This document shows, one piece after another, positions 51,401 to 62,745 of a stretch of DNA of 64,000 bases; the stretch's first letter is position 1, and every line of letters begins with the position of its first letter. The position numbers and the translations under genes are program-made. The notes under the pieces were generated by a model that was given only the letters and a program-made list of their open reading frames with translations, was not told the DNA's origin and did no database searches. This DNA is from Eledone cirrhosa (Eukaryota). The stretch spans positions 185,318,001-185,382,000 of the forward strand of contig OZ024742.1 of assembly GCA_964016885.1 (NCBI GenBank), in the 5' to 3' direction.

Positions 51401-54400
51401 GGTTAAGTTAAGTTGAGGTTAAGTTAATTTGAGGTTAAGTTAAGTTGGGGTTAAGTTAAGTTGGGGTTAAATTAAGCTGGGTTGAAGTTAAGTTGGGGTT
51501 AAGTTAAGTTGGGGTTAAGTTAAGTTGGGGTTGAGTTAAGTTGGGGTTAAGTTAAGTTGGGGTTAAATTAAGTTGGGGTCAACGTAAGTTGGGGTTAAGT
51601 TAAGTTGGGGTTAAGTTAATTTGGGGGTAAGTTAAGTTGGGGTTAAGTTAAGTTGGGGTTAAGTTAAGTTGGGGTTAAGTTAAGTTGGGGCTGAGTTAAA
51701 TTGGGGCTGTGTTAAGTTGGGGTTAAGTTAAGTTGGGGTTAAGTTAAGTTGGGGTTAAGTTAAGTTGGGGTTAAGTTGGGGTTAAATTAAGTTGGGGTTA
51801 ATTTAAGTTGGGGTTAAGTTAAGTTGGGTTTAGGTTAAGTTGGGGTTGAGTTAAGTTGGGGTTAAGTTAAGTTGGGGTTAATTTAAGTTGGGGTTAAGTT
51901 AAGTTGGGGCTGAGTTAAGTTGGGGTTAAGTTAAGTTGGGGTTAAGTTAAGTTGGGGTTAAGTTAAGTTGGGGTTAAGTTAAGTTGGGGTTAAGTTAAGT
52001 TGGGGTTAAGATAAGTTGGGGTTAAGTTAAGTTGGGGTTGAGTTAAGTTGGGGTTGAGTTAATTTGGGGTTAAGTTAAGTTGGGGTTAACTTAAGTTGGG
52101 GTTCAGTTAAGTTGGCGTTCAGTTAAGTTGCGGTGAAGTTAAGTTGGGGTTAACTTAAGTCGGGGTTAAGTTAAGTTGGGGTTAAGTTAAGTTGGGTGAA
52201 GTTAAGTTGGGGTTAAGTTAAGTTGGGGTTATGTTAAGTTGGCGTTCAGTTAAGTTGCGGTGAAGTTAAGTTGGGGTTAACTTAAGTCGGGGTTAAGTTA
52301 AGTTGGGGTTAAGTTAAGTTGGAGTCAAGTTAAGTTGGGGTTAAGTTAAGTTGGGGTTATGTTAAGTTGGGGTTAAGTTAAGTTGGGGTTAAGTTAAGTC
52401 GGGGTTAAGTTAAGTTGGGGTTAAGTTAATTGGGGTTAAGTTAAGTTGGGGTCAAGTTAAGTTGGGGTTAAGTTAAGTTAGGGTTAAGTTAAGCTTGGGT
52501 TAAATTAAGTTGGGGTTGAGTTAATTTGGGGTTGAGTTAAGTTGGGGTTGAGTTGAGTTGGGGTTGAGTTAAGTTGGGGTTAAGTTAAGTTGGGGTTAAC
52601 TTAAGTTGGGGTTAAGTTAAGTTGGGGTCAATTTAAGTTGAGGTTAAGTTAACTTGGGATTAAGTTAAGTTGGGGTTAACTTAAATTGAGGTTAAGTTAA
52701 GTTGGGGTTAAGTTAAGTTGGGGGTAAGTTAAGTTGGGGGTAAGTTAAGTTTGGGTTAAGTTGGGGTTAAGTTAAGTTAGGGTTAAGTTACGTTGGGGTT
52801 GAGTTAAGTTGGGGTTAATTTAAATTGGGGTTAAGTTAACTTTGTGGTTAAGTTAAGTTGGGGTTAAGTTAAGTTGAGGTTAAGTTAATTTGAGGTCAAG
52901 TTAAGTTGGGGTTAAGTTAAGTTGGGGTTAAATTAAGCTGGGTTGAAGTTAAGTTGGGGTTAAGTTAAGTTGGGGTTAAGTTAAGTTGGGGTTGAGTTAA
53001 GTTGGGGTTAAGTTAAGTTGGGTTTAAGTTAAGTTGGGGTTAAGTTAAGTTGGGGTTAAGTTAAGGTGGGGTTAAGTTAAGTTGGGGTTAAGTTAAGTCG
53101 GGGTTAAGTTAAGTTGGGGTTAAGTTAAGTTGGGGTTAAATTAAGTTGGGGTTAAGTTAAGTTGGGGTTAAGATAAGTTGGGGTTAAGTTAAGTTGGGGT
53201 TGAGTTAAGTTGGGGTTGAGTTAATTTGGGGTTAAGTTAAGTTGGGGTTAACTTAAGTTGGGGTTAAGTTAAGTTGGCGTTCAGTTAAGTTGCGGTTAAG
53301 TTAAGTTGGGGTTAACTTAAGTCGGGGTTAAGTTAAGTTGGGGTTAAGTTAAGTTGGGGTCAGGTTAAGTTGGGGTTAAGTTAAGTTGGGGTTAAGTTAA
53401 GTTCGGGTTAAGTTAAGTCGGGGTTAAGTTAAGTTGGGGTTAAGTTAAGTTGGGGTTAAGTTAAGTTGGGGTTAAGTTAAGTCGCGGTTAGTTAAGTTGG
53501 GGTAAGTTAAGATGGGGTTAAGTTAAGTTGTGGTTAAGTTAAGTTGGGGTTAAGATAAGTTGGGGTTAACTTAAGTTGCGGTTGAGTTAAGTTAGGGTTG
53601 AGTTAATTGGGGTTAAGTTAAGTTGGGGCTAAGTTAAGTTGGGGCTAAGTTAAGTTGGGGCTAAGTTAAGTTGGGGTTAAGTTAAGGTGGGGTTTAGTTA
53701 AGTTGGGGTTGAGTTAAGTTGGGGTTGAGTTAAGTTGGGGTTAAGTTAAGTTGGGGTTAAGTTAAGTTAGGGTTAACTTAAGTTGGGGTTAAGTTAAGTT
53801 TAGGTTAACTTAAGTTGGGGTTAAGTTAAGTTGGGGTTAAGTTAAGTTGGGGCTAAGTTAAGTTGGGGCTAAGTTAAGTTGGGGCTAAGTTAAGTTGGGG
53901 TTAAGTTAAGGTGGGGTTTAGTTAAGTTGGGGTTGAGTTAAGTTGGGGTTGAGTTAAGTTAGGGTTAAGTTAAGTTGGGGTTAAGTTAAGTTAGGGTTAA
54001 CTTAAGTTGGGGTTAAGTTAAGTTGGGGTTGAGTTAAGTTGGGGTTTAATTAAGTTGGGGTTGAGTTAAGTTGGGGTTGAGTTAAGTTGGGCTTGAGTTA
54101 AGTTGGGGTTGAGTTAAGTTGGGCTTATCTTAAGTTGGGGTTAATTTAAGATGGGGTTAAGTTAAGTTGGGGTTAAGTTAATTTGGGGTTAAGTTAAGTT
54201 GGGGTTAAGTTAAGTTGGGGTTATGTTAAGTTGGGGTTAAGTTAAGTTGAGGTTAACTTAAGTTGGGGTTAAGTTAAGTTGGGGTTAAGTTAAGTTGGGG
54301 CTAAGTTAAGTTGGGGCTAAGTTAAGTTGGGGTTAAGTTAAGTTGGGGTTAAGTTAAGTTGGGGTCAACTTAAGTTGGGGCTAAGTTAAGTTGGGGTTAA

Positions 54401-57400
54401 GTTAAGTTGGGGCTAAGTTAAGTTGGAGTTAAGTTAAGTTGGGGTTAAATTAAGTTGGGGTCAACGTAAGTTGGGGTTAAGTTAAGTTGGGGTTAAGTTA
54501 ATTTGGGGGTAAGTTATGTTGGGATTAAGTTAAGTTGGGGTTAAGTTAAGTTGGGGTTAAGTTAAGTTGGGGCTGAGTTAAATTGGGGCTGTGTTAAGTT
54601 GGGGTTAAGTTAAGTTGGGGTTAAGTTAAGTTGGGGTTAAGTTAAGTTGGGGTTAAGTTGGGGTTAAATTAAGTTGGGGTTAATTTAAGTTGGGGTTAAG
54701 TTAAGTTGGGTTTAGGTTAAGTTGGGGTTGAGTTAAGTTGGGGTTAAGTTAAGTTGGGGTTAATTTAAGTTGGGGTTAAGTTAAGTTGGGGCTGAGTTAA
54801 GTTGGGGTTAAGTTAAGTTGGGGTTGAGTTAAGTTGGGGTTAAGTTAAGTTGGAGTTAAGTTAAGTCGGGATTAAGTTAAGTTGGGGTTAAGTTAAGTTG
54901 GGGTTAAGTTAAGTTGGGGTTAAGTTAAGTTGGGGTTAAGTTAAGTTGGGGTTAAGATAAGTTGGGGTTAAGTTAAGTTGGGGTTGAGTTAAGTTGGGGT
55001 TGAGTTAATTTGGGGTTAAGTTAAGTTGGGGTTAACTTAAGTTGGGGTTCAGTTAAGTTGGCGTTCAGTTAAGTTGCGGTGAAGTTAAGTTGGGGTTAAC
55101 TTAAGTCGGGGTTAAGTTAAGTTGGGGTTAAGTTAAGTTGGGGTCAAGTTAAGTTGGGGTTAAGTTAAGTTGGGGTTATGTTAAGTTGGGGTTAAGTTAA
55201 GTTGGGGTTAAGTTAAGTCGGGGTTAAGTTAAGTTGGGGTTAAGTTAAGTTGGGGATAAGTTAAGTTGGGGTCAAGTTAAGTTGGGGTTAAGTTAAGTTG
55301 GGGTTAAGTTAAGTCGCGGTTAATTTAAGTTGGGGTTAAGTTAAGATGGGGTTAAGTTAAGTTGGGATTAAGTTAAGTTGGGGTTAAGATAAGTTGGGGT
55401 TAAGTTAAGTTGGGGTTGAGTTAAGTTGGGGTTGAGTTAATTGGGGTTAAGTTAAGTTGGGGTTAACTTAAGTTGGGTTTAAGTTAAGTTTGGGTTAAGT
55501 TAAGTTGGGGTTAAATTAAGTTGGGGTTAAGATAAGTTGGGGTTAAGTTAAGTCGGGGTTAAGTTAAGTCGGGGTTAAGTTAAGTTGGGGTTAAGTTAAC
55601 TTGGTGTTAAGTTAAGTTGGGGCTCAGTTAAGTTGGGGTTGAGTTAAGTTGGGGTCAATTTAAGTTGGGACTAAGCTAAGTTGGGGTTAAGTTAAGTTGG
55701 GGTTAAGTTAAGTTGGCGCTAAGTTTAGTGAAGGTTAAGTTAAGTTGGGGTTGAGTTAAGTTGGGGTTAAGTTAAGCTTGGGTTAAGTTAAGTTGGGGTT
55801 GAGTTAATTTGGGGTTGAGTTAAGTTGGGGTTGAGTTAAGTTGGGGTTGAGTTAAGTTGGGGTTACGTTAAGTTGGGGTTAACTTAAGTTGGTGTTAAGT
55901 TAAGTTGGGGTCAATTTAAGTTGAGGTTAAGTTAACTTGGGATTAAGTTAAGTTGGGGTTAACTTAAATTGAGGTTAAGATAAGTTGGGGTTAAGTTAAG
56001 TTGGGGGTAAGTTAAGTTGGGGGTAAGTTAAGTTTGGGTTAAGTTGGGGTTAAGTTAAGTTAGGGTTAAGTTACGTTGGGGTTGAGTTAAGTTGGGGTTA
56101 ATTTAAATTGGGGTTAAGTTAACTTTGTGGTTCAGTTAAGTTGGGGTTAAGTTAAGTTGGGGCTTATTTAAGTTGGGGTTAAGTTAAGTTGTGGTTAAGT
56201 TAAGTTGGGGTTAAGTTAAGTTGGGGTTAAGTTAAGTTGGGGTTAAGTTAAGTTGGGGTTAAATTAAGCTGGGTTGAAGTTAAGTTGGGGTTAAGTTAAG
56301 TTGGGGTTAAGTTAAGTTGGGGTTAAGTTAAGTTGGGGTTAAGTTAAGTCGGGGTTAAGTTAATTTGAGGTTCAGTTAAGTTGGGGTTAAGTTAAGTTGG
56401 GGCTTATTTAAGTTGGGGTTAAGTTAAGTTGTGGTTAAGTTAAGTTGGGGTTAAGTTAAGTCGGGGTTAAGTTAAGTCGGGGTTAAGTTAAGTTGTGGTT
56501 AAGTTAAGTTGGGGTTAAGTTAAGTTGGGGTTAAGTTAAGTTAGGGATAAGCTAAGTTGGCGTTAAGTTAAGTTGGGGTTAAGTTAAGTTGGGGTTAAGT
56601 TAAGTTGTGGTTAAGTTAAGTTGGGGCTGAGTTAAGTTGGGGTCAAGTTAAGTTGGGGTTGAGTTAAGTTGGGGTTAAGTTAACTTGGGGTTAATTTAAG
56701 TTGGGGTTAAGTCAAATTGGGTTTGAGTTAAGTTAGGGTTAAGTTAAGTTGGGGTTAAGTTAAGTTGGGGTTAAGTTAAGTTGGGGTTAAGTTAAGTTGG
56801 GGTTAAATTAAGCTGGGTTTAAGTTAAGTTGGGGTTAAGTTAAGTTGGGGTTAAGTTAAGTTGGGGTTAAGTTAAGTTGAGGTTAAGTTAGGTTGGGGTT
56901 AAATTCAGTTGGGGTTAAGTTAAGTTGGGGTTAAGTTAATTTGGGGATAAGTTAAGTTGAGTTTAAGTTAAGTTGGAGTTGATTTAAGTTGAGGTTAAGT
57001 TAAGTTGTGGTAAAGTTAAGTTGGGGTTAAGTTAAGTTGGGGTTAAGTTAAGTTGGGGTTCAGTTAAGTTGGGGTTAAGTTAAGTAGGGGTTCAGTTGGG
57101 GTTAAATTAATTTGGGGTTAAGTTAAGTTGGGGTTAAGTTAAGTTGGGGTTAAGTTAAGTTGGGGTTGAGTTAAGTTGGAGTTAAGTTAAGTCGGGGTTA
57201 AGTTAAGTTGGGGTTAAGTTAAGTTGGGGTTAAGTTAAGTTGGGGTTAAGTTAAGTTGGGGTTGAGTTAAGTTGGGGTTAAGTTAAGTTGGGTTTAAGTT
57301 AAGTTGGGGTTAAGTTAAGTTGGGGTTAAGTTAAGGTGGGGTTAAGTTAAGTTGGGGTTAAGTTAAGTCGGGGTTAAGTTAAGTTGGGGTGAAGTTAAGT

Positions 57401-59150
57401 TGGGGTTAAGTTAAGTTGGGGTTAAGTTAAGTTCGGGTTAAGATAAGTTGGGGTTAAGTTAAGTTGGGGTTGAGTTAAGTTGGGGTTGAGTTAATTTGGG
57501 GTTAAGTTAAGTTGGGGTTAACTTAAGTTGGGGTTAAGTTAAGTTGGCGTTCAGTTAAGTTGCGGTTAAGTTAAGTTGGGGTTAACTTAAGTCGGGTTTA
57601 AGTTAAGTTGGGGTTAAGTTAAGTTGGGGTCAAGTTAAGTTGGGGTTAAGTTAAGTTGGGGTTAAGTTAAGTTGGGGTTAAGTTAAGTCGGGGTTAAGTT
57701 AAGTTGGGGTTAAGTTAAGTTGGGGTTAAGTTAAGTTGGGGTCAAGTTAAGTTGGGGTTAAGTTAAGTTGGGGTTCAGTTAAGTTGGGGTTAAGTTAAGT
57801 CGCGGTTAAGTTAAGTTGGGGTTAAGTTAAGATGGGGTTAAGTTAAGTTGTGGTTAAGTTAAGTTGGGGTTAAGATAAGTTGGGGTTAAGTTAAGTTGCG
57901 GTTGAGTTAAGTTGGGGTTGAGTTAATTGGGGTTAAGTTAAGTTGGGGTTAACTTAAGTTGGGTTTAAGTTAAGTTGGGGTTAAGTTAAGTTGGGGTTAA
58001 ATTAAGTTGGGGTTATGATAAGTTGGGGTTAAGTTAAGTCGGGGTTAAGTTATGTCGGGGTTAAGTTAAGTTGGGGTTAAGTTAACTTGGTGTTAAGTTA
58101 AGTTGGGGTTCAGTTAAGTTGGGGTTGAGTTAAGTTGGGGGTCAAGTTAAGTTGGGGTTAAGCTAAGTTGGGGTTAAGTTAAGTTGGGGTTAAGTTAAGT
58201 TGGGGTTAATTTAAGTTTTGGTTAAGTTAAGTTGGGGCTGAGTTAAGTTGGCGTCAAGTTAAGTTGGGGTTGAGTTAAGAAGGGGTTAAGTTAACTTGGG
58301 GTTAAGTTAACTTGGGGTTAAGTTAAGTTGGGGTTAAGTTAAGTTGGGGTTAAGTTAAGTTGGGGTTAAGATAAGTTGGGTTTAAGTTAAGTTGGGGTTG
58401 AGTTAAGTTGGGGTTGAGTTAATTTGGGGTTAAGTTAAGTTGGGGTTAACTTAAGTTGGGGTTCAGTTAAGTTGGCGTTCAGTTAAGTTGCGGTGAAGTT
58501 AAGTTGGGGTTAACTTAAGTCGGGGTTAAGTTAAGTTGGGGTTAAGTTAAGTTGGGGTCAAGTTAAGTTTGGGTTAAGTTAAGTTGGGGTTATGTTAAGT
58601 TGGGGTTAAGTTAAGTTGGGGTTAAGTTAAGTCGGGGTTAAGTTAAGTTGGGGTTAAGTTAAGTTGGGGTTAAGTTAAGTTGGGGTCAAGTTAAGTTGGG
58701 GTTAAGTTAAGTTGGGGTTAAGTTAAGTCGCGGTTAAGTTAAGTTGGGGTTAAGTTAAGATGGGGTTAAGTTAAGTTGGGGTTAAGTTAAGTTGGGGTTA
58801 AGATAAGTTGGGGTTAAGTTAAGTTGGGGTTGAGTTAAGTTGGGGTTGAGTTAATTGGGGTTAAGTTAAGTTGGGGTTAACTTAAGTTGGGTTTAAGTTA
58901 AGTTGGGGTTAAGTTAAGTTGGGGTTAAATTAAGTTGGGGTTAAGATAAGTTGGGGTTAAGTTAAGTCGGTGTTAAGTTAAGTCGGGGTTAAGTTAAGTT
59001 CGGGTTAAATTAACTTGCTGTTAAGTTAAGTTGGGGCTCAGTTAAGTTGGGGTTGAGTTAAGTTGGGGTCAAGTTAAGTTGGGACTAAGCTAAGTTGGGG
59101 TTAAGTTAAGTTGGGGTTAAGTTAAGTTGGCGCTAAGTTAAGTGAAGGTT
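48452..59150 (+). repeat. Long-range near-duplicate of satellite block ~1-10,600 (offset about 48.4-48.6 kb)
   Basis: Variants recur in the same order: GGGGTCAGG (4928 vs 53361), GCGGTTAGTT (5051 vs 53484), GTAAGTTATG (6061 vs 54509), GTGAAGG (1164/7280/10566 vs 49567/55728/59142). Boundaries are approximate. Confidence 0.8.
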
Positions 59151-61739
59151 AAGTTAAGTTGGGGTTGAGTTAAGTTGGGGTTAAGTTAAGTTGGGGTTGA
59201 GTTAAGTTGGGGTTGAGTTAAGTTGGGGTTGAGTTAAGTTGGGGTTACGTTAAGTTGGGGTTAAGTTAAGTTGGGGTTAAGTTAAGTTTAGGTTAACTTA
59301 AGTTGGGGTTAAGTTAAGTTGGGGCTAAGTTAAGTTGGGGCTAAGTTAAGTTGGGGTTAAGTTAAGGTGGGGTTTAGTTAAGTTGGGGTTGAGTTAAGTT
59401 AGGGTTGAGTTAAGTTGGGGTTAAGTTAAGTTGGGGTTAAGTTAAGTTAGGGTTAACTTAAGTTGGGGTTAAGTTAAGTTGGGGTTGAGTTAAGTTGGGG
59501 TTTAATTAAGTTGGGGTTAAGTTAAGTTGGGGTTGAGTTAAGTTGGGCTTGAGTTAAGTTGGGGTTGAGTTAAGTTGGGCTTATCTTAAGTTGGGGTTAA
59601 TTTAAGATGGGGTTAAGTTAAGTTGGGGTTAAGTTAATTTGGGGTTAAGTTAAGTTGGGGTTAAGTTAAGTTGGGGTTATGTTAAGTTGGGGTTAAGTTA
59701 AGTTGAGGTTAACTTAAGTTGGGGTTAAGTTAAGTTGGGGTTAAGTTAAGTTGGGGCTAAGTTAAGTTGGGGCTAAGTTAAGTTGGGGTTAAGTTAAGTT
59801 GGGGTTAAGTTAAGTTGGGGTCAACTTAAGTTGGGGCTAAGTTAAGTTGGGGTTAAGTTAAGTTGCGGCTAAGTTAAGTTGGGGTTAAGTTAAGTTGGGG
59901 TTAAATTAAGTTGGGGTCAACGTAAGTTGGGGTTAAGTTAAGTTGGGGGTTAAGTTAATTTGGGGGTAAGTTAAGTTGGGGTTAAGTTAAGTTGGGGTTA
60001 AGTTAAGTTGGGGTTAAGTTAAGTTGGGGCTGAGTTAAGTTGGGGCTGTGTTAAGTTGGGGTTAAGTTAAGTTGGGGTTAAGTTAAGTTGGGGTTAAGTT
60101 GGGGTTAAATTAAGTTGGGGTTAATTTAAGTTGGGGTTAAGTTAAGTTGGGTTTAGGTTAAGTTGGGGTTGAGTTAAGTTGGGGTTAAGTTAAGTTGGGG
60201 TTAATTTAAGTTGGGGTTAAGTTAAGTTGGGGCTGAGTTAAGTTGGGGTTAAGTTAAGTTGGGGTTGAGTTAAGTTGGGGTTAAGTTAAGTTGGGGTTAA
60301 GTTAAGTCGGGGTTAAGTTAAGTTGGGGTTAAGTTAAGTTGGGGTTAAGTTAAGTTGGGGTTAAGTTAAGTTGGGGTTAAGTTAAGTTGGGGTTAAGATA
60401 AGTTGGGGTTAAGTTAAGTTGGGGTTGAGTTAAGTTGGGGTTGAGTTAATTTGGGGTTAAGTTAAGTTGGGGTTAACTTAAGTTGGGGTTCAGTTAAGTT
60501 GGCGTTCAGTTAAGTTGCGGTGAAGTTAAGTTGGGGTTAACTTAAGTCGGGGTTGAGTTAAGTTGGGGTTAAGTTAAGTTGGGGTCAAGTTAAGTTGGGG
60601 TTAAGTTAAGTTGGGGTTATGTTAAGTTGGGGTTAAGTTAAGTTGGGGTTAAGTTAAGTCGGGGTTAAGTTAAGTTGGGGTTAAGTTAAGTTGGGGTTAA
60701 GTTAAGTTGGGGTCAAGTTAAGTTGGGGTTAAGTTAAGTTGGGGTTAAGTTAAGTCGCGGTTAAGTTAAGTTGGGGTTAAGTTAAGATGTGGTTAAGTTA
60801 AGTTGGGGTTAAGTTAAGTTGGGGTTAAGATAAGTTGGGGTTAAGTTAAGTTGGGGTTGAGTTAAGTTGGGGTTGAGTTAATTGGGGTTAAGTTAAGTTG
60901 GGGTTAACTTAAGTTGGGTTTAAGTTAAGTTTGGGTTAAGTTAAGTTGGGGTTAAATTAAGTTGGGGTTAAGATAAGTTGGGGTTAAGTTAAGTCGGGGT
61001 TAAGTTAAGTCGGGGTTAATTTAAGTTGGGGTTAAGTTAACTTGGTGTTAAGTTAAGTTGGGGCTCAGTTAAGTTGGGGTTGAGTTAAGTTGGGGTCAAG
61101 TTAAGTTGGGACTAAGCTAAGTTGGGGTTAAGTTAAGTTGGGGTTAAGTTAAGTTGGCGCTAAGTTAAGTGAAGGTTAAGTTAAGTTGGGGTTGAGTTAA
61201 GTTGGGGTTAATTTAAGTTGGGGTTGAGTTAAGTTGGGGTTGAGTTAAGTTGGGGTTAAGTTAAGTTTAGGTTAACTTAAGTTGGGGTTAAGTTAAGTTG
61301 GGGTTAAGTTAAGTTGGGGCTAAGTTAAGTTGGGGCTAAGTTAAGTTGGGGCTAAGTTAAGTTGGGGTTAAGTTAAGGTGGGGTTTAGTTAAGTTGGGGT
61401 TGAGTTAAGTTGGGGTTGAGTTAAGTTGGGGTTAAGTTAAGTTGGGGTTAAGTTAAGTTACGGTTAACTTAAATTGGGGTTAAGTTAAGTTGGGGTTGAG
61501 TTAAGTTGGGGTTTAATTAAGTTGGGGTTGAGTTAAGTTGGGGTTGAGTTAAGTTGGGCTTGAGTTAAGTTGGGGTTGAGTTAAGTTGGGCATATCTTAA
61601 GTTGGGGTTAATTTAAGATGGGGTTAAGTTAAGTTGGGGTTAAGTTAATTTGGGGTTAAGTTAAGTTGGGGTTAAGTTAAGTTGGGGTTATGTTAAGTTG
61701 GGGTTAAGTTAAGTTGAGGTTAACTTAAGTTGGGGTTAA

Positions 61740-61939
61740 NNNNNNNNNNNNNNNNNNNNNNNNNNNNNNNNNNNNNNNNNNNNNNNNNNNNNNNNNNNNN
61801 NNNNNNNNNNNNNNNNNNNNNNNNNNNNNNNNNNNNNNNNNNNNNNNNNNNNNNNNNNNNNNNNNNNNNNNNNNNNNNNNNNNNNNNNNNNNNNNNNNNN
61901 NNNNNNNNNNNNNNNNNNNNNNNNNNNNNNNNNNNNNNN
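61740..61939. other. Assembly gap of 200 N (scaffold join)
   Basis: Exactly 200 consecutive N. A round number indicates a placeholder of unknown true length. Confidence 0.99.
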
Positions 61940-62319
<380 letters not shown>

Positions 62320-62330
62320 GTGAAGGCGTG

Positions 62331-62341
62331 TGGCTGAGTGG
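62331..62341 (+). promoter_or_regulatory. RNA polymerase III internal promoter A box
   Basis: TGGCTGAGTGG matches the consensus TRGCNNARYGG. Confidence 0.8.
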
Positions 62342-62375
62342 TGAGAGAGTTGGATTCACAATCGTGAGGTTATGA

Positions 62376-62384
62376 GTTCGATTC
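62376..62384 (+). promoter_or_regulatory. RNA polymerase III internal promoter B box
   Basis: GTTCGATTC matches the consensus GTTCRANNC and lies 34 bp after the A box. Confidence 0.8.
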
Positions 62385-62672
62385 CCGGACCGGGCAATGC
62401 GTTATGTCCTTGAGCAAGATACTTTATTTCACGTTGTTCTTTCTACCCGGAGTTGCGACCGATAGATAGTATTAGCAATTGGAAAGACCAATGGAAACAT
62501 TGTTTCCTCGGTCCGATTTGACGAAAGTCGATCGTAAAATATTATATATATATATGCAAAAATATATATAATTAGAAGTTAGTAAATTCGAAGTTGGGGC
62601 GGTCGGCCAACATCCACGAAAAAACAAATCGGAGCTTGCACAAACCACTCAATAAAATGTATCGATAAATCG

Positions 62673-62684
62673 ATATATATATAC

Positions 62685-62745
<61 letters not shown>
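62673..62745. repeat. (AT)n microsatellite with AC interruptions
   Basis: Directly visible. Confidence 0.95.

Larger units (their letters stand above)
1..61739 (+). repeat. Tandem satellite array, 16-bp monomer TTAAGTTAAGTTGGGG, G-rich strand on +, open at the left window edge and ending at an assembly gap
   Basis: The monomer is directly readable throughout (61739/16 is about 3,850 copies). The consensus has 6 T, 6 G, 4 A and no C. Variants are mostly single substitutions, with occasional 11-, 15- and 17-bp units. No inversion or foreign insertion was seen. Confidence 0.99.
62325..62440 (+). mobile_element. tRNA-derived SINE, 5' portion (tRNA-like head plus CORE-like domain), apparently 3'-truncated
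   Basis: Starts GGCG, has an A box (62331-62341) and a B box (62376-62384) at tRNA-like spacing, but no intact cloverleaf. It is followed by TGTCCTTGAGCAAGATACTT (62405-62424), which resembles the CCTTGGGCAAGTYACTT motif of CORE-SINEs. The family assignment is from recall, not from a search. Confidence 0.8.

Noticed and set aside
1-61739. CRISPR array or repetitive protein gene
   Set aside because: There are no unique spacers. The palindromic TTAA puts TAA on both strands and the 16-bp period cycles it through all frames, so no ORF survives.
1-61739. Active telomerase-synthesised telomere
   Set aside because: Kilobase-scale ordered variant cassettes cannot be produced by copying a short RNA template. 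It is kept only as a possible evolutionary origin.
62325-62397. Functional tRNA gene
   Set aside because: The A and B boxes are present, but the acceptor and anticodon stems do not pair properly and a SINE-like body follows.
62591-62599. AAGTTGGGG, a satellite-like fragment beyond the gap
   Set aside because: An isolated 9-bp match without periodic flanks is not evidence that the satellite continues.
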